From: Cyanophora paradoxa CCMP329
Lineage: Eukaryota > Plantae > Glaucophyta
Reading direction: 5' to 3'
Assembly: GCA_004431415.1 (NCBI GenBank)
Contig: QPMI01000416.1
Span: 434,001 to 498,000, forward strand
Length of the DNA: 64,000 nucleotides
Shown one piece after another: positions 24,005 to 34,911 of the stretch (positions within the stretch are counted from its first letter, which is position 1; every line of letters begins with the position of its first letter). The position numbers were made by a program, and so were the translations under genes. The notes under the pieces were generated by a model. It ran no database searches. It was not told where the DNA came from and was given only the letters and a program-made list of their open reading frames with translations.

Positions 24005-27000
24005 CTACTGGCTGGAGGAGGAGGAGGCGCCCACGAGGACCTTGACCTGCCCCGCGCCGTCGACGTCCACGATCGCGTCGTCGCCGTCCTTGAGCTGCCC
24101 GTTGAGGATGCACTCGGAGAGCTGGTCCTCCAGGAGGGACATGATCGCGCGGCGGAGCGGGCGGGCGCCCATGGAGGGGTTGAAGCCCTCCTCGACGATG
24201 CGGTTCTTGAAGGCATCCGTCACCGACAGCTGCGCACGCCCGGATCAGATGGAGGGACGGATAGATAGATAGATGCACGGAGCAGAGTAGTAAAGGCGCG
24301 CAGGCGTGCGCACGTTGATCTGGCGCTGGTTCTTGATGCGCTCAAAGGTCTGAGCCAGCAGCAGGTCGGCGATCTGCCGGACCTCGTCCTTGTTAAGCTG
24401 CGGGGGTACACGAAAGCGCGTCAGGCAACGAAGGAAAATGCAGGAAGAGCGTAGCTATATTATATTTTACCTGGCGGAAGACGATGATCTCGTCGACACG
24501 GTTGAGGAACTCGGGGCGGAAGTAGTTCTTGAGCTCGTCGGTCACGAGGCCCTTGATCCGCTGGTAGGACGACTCCTCCTTGTCCTTCTCCGCCTCGATC
24601 GAGAAGCCGATGCCCTGGCCGCCGTCCTGGATCACCTTCGAGCCGATGTTGGACGTCATGATGATCATCGAGTTCTTGAAGTCGACGGTGCGGCCCTGCG
24701 GAGGCGGACGAGCGTCGGGGGGGGGGGGGGGGGGGGGGGGAGGGGGAGGAGCAGGGGTACAGCTTAGCGGACCTTAGAGTCGGTGAGGCGGCCGTCCTCG
24801 AGGACCTGGAGCAGCAGGTCGAAGACGTCGGGGTGCGCCTGCGGCGAAAAGGGTCAGGGGGTACGGGAAGGGGGGGGGGTACGGCGCGCCTTCTCGATTT
24901 CGTCGAAGAGGACGACGGTGTAGGGCCGGCGGCGGACGGCCTCGGTGAGCTGGCCGCCCTCCTGGTAGCCGACGTACCCCGGGGGCGAGCCGATGAGCTT
25001 GGATACGGTGTGGCGCTCCATGTACTCGGACATGTCCAGACCTGTAATAATAATAAGATTTGAGCTTGGACAAGCTTAGATTAATCTAAGAAGCTAGATT
25101 AAGCTAAGAAATTTGATTCGAGCTTGGGCAAGCTTTGATTCGAGCTTGGGCAAGCTTAGATTAGATAGGGCGCACGGATCAAGCTCAAAGCTCAATTAAG
25201 ATTAGATTAGAATAATAGTAAGATTTAAGCTCAAACAAGCTTTAGCTTAGATTAGATTGAGATTAGCTTAAGCTTGAGATTTTTAAGCTTCGATTAGATG
25301 GGGCGCACGGATCATGTTCTGCTCCGAGCCGAAGTAGTACGAGGCGAGGGCCTTGGTCAGCTCCGTCTTGCCGACGCCCGTCGGGCCCGAGAAGATGAAC
25401 GAGGCGATGGGCCGGTTCTCCGACTTGAGGCCCGTGCGCGAGCGCCGGATGGCGCGCGCGATGGCCGTGACAGCCTAAAGAGAGACATAAATAAGCTTGA
25501 GATAGCTTGTATAGCTTGAGATATATAAGGTACCTCGTTCTGGCCGATGACGCGCCCGTGCAGCGTCTCCTCGAGGTGCATGAGCTTGTCCGACTCGGTC
25601 GACGAGATCTTGGAGAGCGGGATGCCCGTCCACTGCGACACGACGTCTGCGATGTCCTCCTCGGTCACCACCGGCGTCTTGTCGTCCTCGGCGGTCGCGA
25701 GCGCGTCCTCGCCCTGCTCCGCCTCCGCCGCGCGCTTGGTCCGCACGATCTCGGCGATGCGCATCTTGAGCTCGGCCTCCTTGTCGCGCAGCTCGCGCGC
25801 CTTCTCGAAGTCCGAGGCGCGGACGGCCGCGTCCTTGTCCTTGCGGAGCGCCAGCATCTGCTTCTCGAGCTCCTTCGCCTCCGGCGGGAGCTGCGAGCGC
25901 AGCAGCCGCACGCGCGACGACGCTGCGCGGCCGTCAGTCAGTCATCAACGGAGCAGGCGGAGTCGGAGTCGGCGGCGGCGCACCCTCGTCGATCAGATCG
26001 ATGGCCTTATCGGGGAGGTACCGGTCAGCGATGTACTGCGACGAAAGCTTCGACGCCGCCTCGAGCGCCTCGTCCCTACCAGCGGCGAAGCGCGCGTTAG
26101 CTAGCTGCGGGCCGAAGCGGCGGCGAGCCTAGGGCGCACGAGATCTTCAGCTTGTGGTGGTCCTCGTACTTCTTGCGCAGGCCGTACAGAATCTCGATCG
26201 ACTCGTCCACGGTCGGCTCGCCAACTGCCGCGGGGCTAAGCGGGCGGAGCGGCGGGGCGGGGGCAGGCGGCAGGGGGGGTACCGATGACGGGCTGGAAGC
26301 GGCGCTCAAGGGCGGCGTCCTTCTCGATGTGCTTCCGGTACTCGTCCAGCGTCGTGGCGCCTGCGCGCGAGAGGGCGGGTCGGTGGGGCGCGGGGCGGGG
26401 CGGGGCCGGGTAGGGCGTCGGCCGTCTCGGGCGCGGCGGCGCACCGATGCACTGGAGCTCGCCGCGGGCAAGCGCGGGCTTGAGAATGTTCGCGGCGTCG
26501 ATGGCGCCCTCAGCCGCGCCGGCGCCGACGAGCTGCGCGCGCGTCAGCGGGCGGCGGGCGGAGGGCGGGACGGGGCGGGGGAGGCGGACCGTGTGGATCT
26601 CGTCGATGACCAGGACGATGTTGCCGTTGGACTTGACCTCGTCCATAATCTTCTTCAGACGCTCCTCGAACTCACCACGGTACTTGGTGCCGGCGATAAG
26701 CAGGCCTGACACGGGCCGGCGGCGCTAAGTGGCAAGCGGCAAGCGGCATGCGCGCCGCGCTGCGCGGCGCGGCGCGGCGCACCAATGTCGAGGCAGACGA
26801 CGCGCTTGTCCTGGAGCAGGTCCGGCACGTCCTTGTTCAGGATGCGCTGGGCCAGGCCCTCCGCGATAGCGGTCTTGCCTGCGTGCCGGCGGCGGCTCGG
26901 CGGGCGCGGGCGCTGCGAGCGCGGAGCCGGCGCGCACCGACACCGGGCTCGCCGACGAGCACGGGGTTGTTCTTCGTGCGGCGGCCGAGGATCTGGATGA

Positions 27001-28347
27001 CACGCTGGATCTCCTTGTCGCGCCCAATGACCTGCGCGACCGCAGTCAGGCCCGCCGCTTCGCCCGCGCGAAGAAGAGGATGCGCACCGGGTCGAGACGG
27101 TCCTCCTGAGCCGCCTTGGACATGTCGGTGGAGAACTCCTCGAGGGTGGCAGTGTTCGCCTTCTTAGAGTCGCCGCCAACGCCGCTGCTCGCGACGGATC
27201 GGTGCCCGCGCACCAAAAAGAGAAAGAAACGAATCGGACTCACACGCCGGCCTCGGCGGACTCGCCCTGCATGCGAATGACGGCCTGGCGGACCTTGGCG
27301 AGGTCGACGCCGAGGTTCTGCAGGACACGGCAGGCGACGCCCTCGCCCTCGCGAACGAGACCCAGGAGCAGGTGCTCCGTGCCGATGTAGTTCTGGCCGA
27401 GCTGCTTGGCTGCGCCGGACGGCGTCAGACGGTTGCGAAGGACGCGGCACGCGCGCCTTGCGGAGCGGGGCGCACCCTCGTCGAGCGACAGCTCAAGGAC
27501 GCGCTTCGCGCGCGGAGTGAACGGAATCTCGACCTGGACAAAGCCGGAGCCGCGGCCAATGATCTTCTCCACCTCCGCACGAGCGTCCTTCAGCGTGATG
27601 TTGAAAGACTTCAGAACCTTCGCGGCGATGCCGGTGCCCTCTCCAATGAGACCGAGGAGGATCTCTGAGGCGGGCGAAACGTGAGAAAGCCGCGGAGGGA
27701 CGCCGGGGACCGGCACGCGGAACGGCTAGCGGACCCTCCGTTCCGACGAAGTTGTGGCCGAGGCGGCGCGCCTCCTCCTGAGACAGCATGACGACCTTGA
27801 TGGCCTTCTCCGTGAACTTCTCGAACATCGCGCGGACGACGAAGACTTGCGCATCACTGCCGCGACGGAGAAAGCGGTCAGCGACCGGCGGGACGGACAT
27901 ACGTGCAGCGCTAAACGCCGAATGTGGCTCATTTGTGACGAAATAACGATCCGAGCGGCGGGATGGGCGAGAAAGGGGAGATCGGTTGTTAGGCAGCATG
28001 ATAGGCGGGGGGGCTCACCCGTGCGCGGCGCCCGCCGTCACGGCCCGCGAGAGAGACTCGCGGAGCTGCTGGTTGGCGTCACGGCCGGCCCGGAGCCGGT
28101 CAACGCAGTTCGTGCGACGGAGGCCAGCGAAGGCCGAGAACCGGGGGGGCGCCGGCAGCGCGGCCGGCCGAACGAAGGTCGGAACTCCGGCCGAGAAGCC
28201 ATACTGTGCGCTGACTGCCGGGCGCGCCTGAGGGATGCGAGGGGCCGGGGCAGCCGACGGCCGGAGAGACGCGAGGAACCGCTGCGGCGCCAATGACACC
28301 GACGCCGGCTGTGTGGACACGACGAACGGTGCCGCGAAGAACTCCAT
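24005..28347 (-). CDS. clpC: Plastid-targeted ATP-dependent Clp protease ATP-binding subunit ClpC (Hsp100), nuclear-encoded, multi-exon
   Basis: Transit peptide [10 protein letters not shown]... then [37 protein letters not shown]1: [50 protein letters not shown]2: [65 protein letters not shown]. Stop at 24005. Confidence 0.97.
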
Positions 28348-28512
28348 CGTTGCTGTTGGCCCTTTGCCTTTTTTCCAGGGGCCTCTGTACCCGGGGACAA
28401 GCACTGTACCCCAGCTGCACTCAGCCCCCGAATCAAACGCCTGTGACAGCGCCGAGTGAATCCGCTCGTCTCAGCAGTCAAGCCCGCCACCAACGCTCTG
28501 AGCCATCGCGCC

Positions 28513-31023
28513 ATGAACGACCTCCTCATGACCTGCCCACCAGCGCACCAACGCGCGCCATCGTTTGCCTCCGGCGCCCTGGACAGCGGTGCGCGCTTGT
28601 CTTGTTCCCTTGTGCATGATCGCTTCTTTTCTGATCGATTCTGCCCTGTCCGACAGCCCTCCCGACTTTCTCGCCCGCAACTTCGACCACCTCTCCTGGC
28701 TTGACCGCGCCCTCCTCGGCGCCGAGCGCGAAGCCACGAGCTCCCGAGCTTCTGAAAAAGCGGAGTTCAGCGTCCGTGTCCCCGCCCACCGCCTCGGACG
28801 GTTCGCCCGGGTCATCTGTATTCGATTGCGCCTCTCCCCCTGCCGCGATCCGCTCATCCGTCCGCGCGGCGCAGTCTCCTCCGGAAACGAAGGCGTTGAA
28901 AGCGCTGATGGCGCGCGCGGACGCCTCCGTGGTTCGTCCTTGACCGCACGCTTGACCTGTCATATCGCTCTCTGCCAACATCCAAGCTCGCGCGCCCTCG
29001 CAGAAGCATGTCGTGCCAAGAAGCGGTCGCGTAAGCAGGAGAGCTCGTCCCCAGAAGCCCGCGACATCGTGCTGTACAGTGCGCACGCAAGCGAAGCGCC
29101 CCTGTACAGGCCCGCGCCCTCCTGTTCCAATGGCGACCTGTCGCGCAGACAACGTTTTCAAGCAGCCTGGCGAGCGAGTCCCGCGGTCGCGTGCGCTCGA
29201 TTCGCTGCCTTCAAATCCGTCGAAGCCTGACCGCGCCCAGTCGTGGAGGCGGCGTTCAAAGCGACGCGAGACGTTGGCGGTGCCCCGAAGTTCGAGCCTG
29301 CTCTCTTCTCCCGCTACGACTTGAAGGACGCCTCGAAGCCCGGAAAGGTGCGCCCTTCGAGCGTGAAGCGTTCAAGTTGCGCTCCCAGCCACTCCTTAAA
29401 TCATTTCCGCGCGCAGACACGGGACTACCAGATCGTCCGCCTTCGCTTCCCGCCGGACGACGTGCCGACTCTCGAGAGCGCTGTCTCTGGCACGCGCGAG
29501 TACATCGTCGAGGCTCCCGTCCCATTCGCTTGCAGCGGCGCTTGGCTTTGCTGCGCCTGGGATGGTGCGCTTCTTTCGTCTTGACGCGGCTTTGCGCTGC
29601 GCGGCCTTGCGCTGCGCGGCTGACGCGAGCGCCTCGCGCAGTCTCGGGGCAGTGCGTCGTCATCGACGACGGGCTCAAGCCTGCTAACATCCGGGGCTGC
29701 CGCGTCGCGTACCCTGGTCGCGAGGAGAGCGGAGACATCGTCTGCACGGCCCTGCCCGCGGCGGAGATCATCTCGGGCCGCGTCGCTACGTTCTCGCTCC
29801 GCCTCCACTTCAAGCAGGAGAAGCCGAAGAAGACTCGCTTCCGCTTCGTCCTCATTGCGCGCGAGAAGAACGGCGGGCTTCAGCTCTTGATCTCCGACGC
29901 CTTCGCCGTCGGCACGGACTCCGCGCGTGCGCTCTCCAAGCCCTCCCGGCCCGCTTGCGTTTCGCGCCCGACCATCGCCGCAGTGTCCAAGAAGCACAGG
30001 AACGATGCACTGTGCCTGGATCTCGGCGGGCCGGAATTCTACGACGAGGGTGCGGCCTCCTGCGCCCCGCCCCGCCCTCCACGCACACGCGCCGCTGACC
30101 GGTTCCGCGCGCAGCCCGCGGCCAGCGCCGGGGCTCCGTCTCGTCGTCCCCCGCCTCTCCTGCAGGATCGGCCTTCTCATCAGAGCAGGCGTCCCCGGAC
30201 CTTGGGCCGCTGCCGCTGCCGTTGTCCGCTGCTGCCGCTCTGGGGGCCGCGGCCGCCCCAGCGCCGCCCGTGCGTCCCGCGCGCCTCGCCCTCGCCGCCC
30301 GCCCGCCTCTTCGCCCCGCCGACCCTCGCGCAGGCCTGCGCCTGCGGGCAGTTCGCCTCGCCCCTCGCCCAGGGCATCTGCATCCTGCGGCACCTGCAGC
30401 TGGGCTCCCGCGGAGTGGGCCCCCTCACTCCCGAAATGGCCCACGCGCTGGTGCGCTCTCCTTCACCGTCAACTGCGCCGGGCCCTGACAGCACCGCAGC
30501 TCGAGGCCTTGGCGGCCGCCCGCCCGGCACCCTCCCCGAACGGAGGCGGCTTCTCCGCTCCGCCGCCCGCGGCGGGTTACGGCTCCGCCCCGCCCGTGAC
30601 GGGCTTCGGCCCCGCCCCGCCCGCGGCTGGCGACGCGCCGCCCGCGGCCGCCCTTCCGCCGTCCGCGCAAAGCGGCGGTGGCCTCCCCGCTCCGCCCGCG
30701 GGAGCCGGCCCGCCCGCCCCGCCGGCAGCCGCCTTCCACTCGGCGGCGGCCGAAGAACGCCTGGAGGAGGAGGACGGGGGCGGCCTCGCCCCGTTCTCGG
30801 ATTTCACGCCGCAGCACCTCGAAGGTGCGGCTCCCTCCCCCTCTCTCGATCGTTTTTCTTAGCTAATTAAGGATCAGACGCCGAGCCCACTGGATTGGAT
30901 CTAGATCTCGATTCCTACTTGCAGTGGGATGGCGGTCAGTCCGCCCCTGCCTGCCCCCAGCGCGACGCGCTCCTGACCCTCCTCGCAGACACGGCGGGCG
31001 ACACTATGACGCAGGCCCTGTAG
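28513..31023 (+). CDS. Uncharacterised protein, putative Ig-fold (p53/RHD/velvet/CudA-like) transcription factor
   Basis: Intron-rich gene with a basic KKRSRK motif and a beta-rich block VATFSLRLHFKQEKPKKTRFRFVLIAREKNGGLQLLISDAFAV..SKKHR. A Pro/Ala-rich region precedes an acidic-aromatic C-terminus GLDLDLDSYLQWDGDTAGDTMTQAL*. The function is an inference. Confidence 0.5.
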
Positions 31024-31140
31024 CGGGCCCCGTCCGATGCCCGTTGCCCCTGGGTGATGCACCTTTGCAACACCGGGGGTAGCGGCGCATACGAACCGAC
31101 GGCCTCCTCCTCGACCTTCGAGGGGAGCGCCGACGCGTGA

Positions 31141-31467
31141 CTCGAGTCGGGACCGCGAGGAGCGCGAGGAGAACGAGCTAAGAAGGGGCTCGTTCTCCTC
31201 GCGCTCCTCGCGGTCCCGACTCGAGACGGAGCGACGCGACGCGACTCCACGCGACGCGACGCGATACGACGCGGCGGGAAGCGCCTCTGCGCTTCCCGCC
31301 GATCGGAACGCGACGGACCAGAAGCGCGGGGGCGTTCTCAGACGCCCTCGCGCTTCTCGTCCTTCGACGCCTCCGCGATCCTCGGGCGCGGAGCGGCGCG
31401 GGACGAGCGAGCTCCTTCTTGGCTCGCTCGTCCCGCGCCGCTCGGCGCCCGAGGATCGCGGAGGCGT
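31141..31467 (+). other. Four-hairpin structured element with complementary terminal loops
   Basis: A perfect 38 bp stem (31141-31225), a 13 bp stem (31272-31301), a ~16-20 bp stem (31315-31362) and a 46 bp stem with one mismatch (31367-31467), all read directly. Confidence 0.85.
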
Positions 31468-32048
31468 TCTTAGTGATTAGGCCTCCAGCCTTTATAGAGC
31501 CTTTAGATTGTAACTGCATATCTTTCATTTGCCTCTTCTTCTTGAAGCTCGGTCTTGAATTGCAGCGGCGCATTTTTTTTGTACCCTTATTTGACTGCCG
31601 TCAAGAGTAGTTCATACGCCGTAGCTGGTTTCGCCAGATCATGTTAAAGGCCTCGCCCATTCTGTAATGCCAGGACTCTCGCTCAGCGGCTGAGTTGGCA
31701 CACGGCGGCACGGTTATTTTCAACTGTGATCAATTAACTTTTTGAAACGCGCGTCAAACCTTCGCCAGTAGTCTTGAAGCGCGTCGACACTTCGCCAGTC
31801 TTAGTCTGCTGCTTATGTCACAGTGCCTCTATATTATATTAAATTATTTGAATATTAAGCTGCCAGGCTAGCTGCATAGCGCTGCTAATTGTTCTAACTA
31901 ATAATAATCTAGATCTACTGTTTCATCTGAGCAACTGACAAGGGGAAAATTGAAAGAAGTGGACCCGGCCTAGACTCTAGAAGACCCAATTGCAAGCTGA
32001 AAAAAAGAAACTAGCACTGCTGCTATGCATATGACTAAATTTGTAGGG

Positions 32049-34588
32049 CTACTCGCCCGTGCGGAATCGCTTCCAGACGCGGGCCGACTCCTCCAGGAGG
32101 CCCTGCGGGGGCGGGCGCTTCCCCGTACCCGGCACCATCCGCTCGTACTGGGCCTCGGCTAGGAGCCGGTCCAGGCAGGCGTACCCCTTCAGAACGGGGT
32201 CCTGCAGGTGCACCGGGTACTCGGCCAGGCTGATCTGCGCCCACGGGACGGAGGAGAGGACTTGCTCGGCGGCTTCGGGGGCGTAGCCGGGGTGGGCCTG
32301 GATCCAGGCGCGGGCGGCGGCGGCCGAGCTGGCGGCGGGGCGCTTGGCCGCTGCGGCTGCCTGGAGGACGCCTGCAAAGATGTGGGGCTCCAGAAACTGG
32401 AGCATCCGGACGGTGGGCGAGTCCTCGGGCTTGGGAAGCCGCGGCGGGCGCGGCCGCGCCGCGAACTCGCGCTCCGACGCGGCCGCCACAGCGCCCAGCT
32501 CGTCCCGCACGGCTGCGAGGCAGGCCAGCTGGAGCCGGAGTCCGATCGGGATCTCCAGCAAAGGCTCGCCCGCCGGCGCTGCCGCCGCCGGCGCCCCGGG
32601 CTGCTGCTGTGGCGACCGCTGCGGTGACGGCTGCGGCTGAGGCTGCTCCGGCGCCGCGGGCAGGTCGAGGAGCGGTCCGAAGGACGGCAGGAGCGATCCG
32701 ACGGGGACCTCAGCTCCGATCCGCCGCCGCGCGAGCGCCCACGTCCTTAGCAGCGTCTCCGACCCGGGCGCCACGGTCAGCTGCCCCAGAATCGCGTAAA
32801 TCCGCGAGGGCGCCGCGCCGGAGTACGCTAGGGCGTCCGGCCTTGTGAACGTGATCGTCTTTGCGAGCATCTCGGGCATGAGCTGCTCGTCGATTTCCGC
32901 CCAGGTTTCCGCGCCCGTCTCGCCCGCCACCTCCTCCGCGTTCTCCTTCACGAAGGCGCAGCAGTGGTTTACGAGGGTCCTCCAGACCGCCTCCTCGTCC
33001 TCCGGACCCTCTAGCCCGCTCTGCGAACGAAACAAGCGTCGGCGACCCAGTGAAGAAGTGAAGAAAACGAGCAAGAGCACCTGGGAGTGGGCCCAGAGGA
33101 AGGTCTCGACCACAGTCGCCGGCGTCAGCGTCTGCCGAATCGCCTCCACGCACAGCGACGGCAGGCCCCGCACGCCCCTGCCGCCGGGTCAGCCTCCACC
33201 AGCGCCGCCACCCCCCCTGCGGCGCAGGGGCCCCGCACCAGTAGCAGGCCAGCGCGAGCAGCGGCCGCAGCTCCGCAGCCGGCACCGCGGGGCTCACGTG
33301 CGTGTACATGTACCGCAGCGCCGCCTCCGCCGCCGCGAACGTCGCCGGCTGCCCGTGCGGCCCCTCGTCGTCGAGCCGCAGCACGCCCTCCTGCCCTTCC
33401 CGCATGCGCTCCAGCGCGCCGCTCCGGAAGTAGGCGCTGCCGCGCGCCAGCACCTCCCGGTGCGCCCCGAGGCTCTGCGCCGAGGCGTCGGCGGCGAGGC
33501 GGAGGGGGGTACGCGAAGCGGAGCGGGCGGGGGGTACGCGAGCGGAGCGGAGCGCACCTGACCGTCGACGACGATGCGGAAGTCGTGCGGCGTGAACGGT
33601 ACGCTCCCCACCAGCTCCGCGAGGCGGTTGAGGGGTACGCCTGAGCTGCCGGAGAGGGGTACAGCTCCTGTCGCGCGCGCGCCGCGGGTCCGGTGGAGGT
33701 TGTCGGCAGTCGCCCAGAGCTCCGGCGAAGCGACGAGCGTGTCGATCGTAAGATGTACCGTCTGCTGCGGCTGTGGCTTCTTCGCTCTGAGGGACGAGTG
33801 AGCGCGAAGAGATCGAACACGCGCAAACAGCAAAACCAGAGGCGGCGCACGGCTTGGAGGGATCCGCGGCGATAGCGGCCTTGATAGATACGCGGATCGT
33901 CAGCTTGTCGTCCTCCAAGAACGCCCCCTTGCCGCCCCTCAGCTCTTCCAAGGACACGAACTGCGTGGGGAGATCGATCAGCGAGCGCTAGCTCTGGTAC
34001 AACTGGTCGCTGGCAAACGCAGGCGCGGGAGCGCACCGTATCGAAGCGCATCTCCGCCTGAGGGCTGAACGTGAATCCGCGATTGAAAACCCGGCGGGCC
34101 TTTACGGACGCGTCCGCAGACACAAGGGACAGGCGTATGTCCGCAGTGCACTTCGCCGGTTGCGGCGGCGGCGGCGGCGGCGGTTCTGATAGCCGCTGGG
34201 ATCCGTACGCCTTGACTCGCGGCGGCGGCGGCTCGTCAAAGATGAGATCAACAGAGAGGTACCGCCCGAGCCCCTCCCGCGCGCCGAGCGGGTGGACGCG
34301 CACGCGCCTGCACAACGATGTGTTAGCGCTTGTACGAGCGTGCGCCAGCGACGCAGGCGCAGGCGAGGCGCCCGCGCGGGATGCGGACCAGTTGAAGTCG
34401 AGGCATCGCGCCCTGTCCGACAAAACCGGGCCCCTGCTCTTCGAGAAGTCTGGGAACACTACATCAAACAGTCCTTTTGCCGGCACTGCAGGCGCGCTCG
34501 GCCCTGGAGTCGGGGCGCTCGCCGGCTCTGCGGCGGCGGGGCAAGTGAGGCGGATGTGCATGTGAAGCGAGCACCGCGCACCGGCCAT
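32049..34588 (-). CDS. MATH-BTB/POZ(-BACK) protein, SPOP/BPM-like CUL3 substrate adaptor, copy 1
   Basis: MATH: FDVVFPDFSK...NW|RVRVHPLG...YLSVDL...|FVSLEELR...FLEDDKLTIRVSI. BTB: DFRIVVDGQ|SLGAHREVLARGSAYFRS...MREGQEG...ALRYMYT...LLALACYW|GVRGLPSLC. Basic C-terminus KRPP...WKRFRTGE*. Confidence 0.9.
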
Positions 34589-34911
34589 TCGAATTCAAGC
34601 TACCCAGCGCCGGCGCGTGCATGCGACCGCACGCTCGGTCTTTGGCTCGCGCTCTTCAAATTCGCTGCTATAGCTACCGTAGGCTTCGCGCTTTCGTTCC
34701 GAGCAGACTGTACCCCGGCAAGCCGGACTTCCAAACCGGCTTTGCAGCCGGCAGTTGCAACTGAGGAAGTCCGCAAGCGGTCTTCCAAGTTGCTCCGTCG
34801 ATCAGGAGCCGGCGGAGCTCGTCGGCCCGCGGCGATGGACTCCTGATTGCAGCCCGGCAGCATCCGCACGATCCAGCACGCGGAGCGACTCGCCACCGCA
34901 AAACTTCGAAC

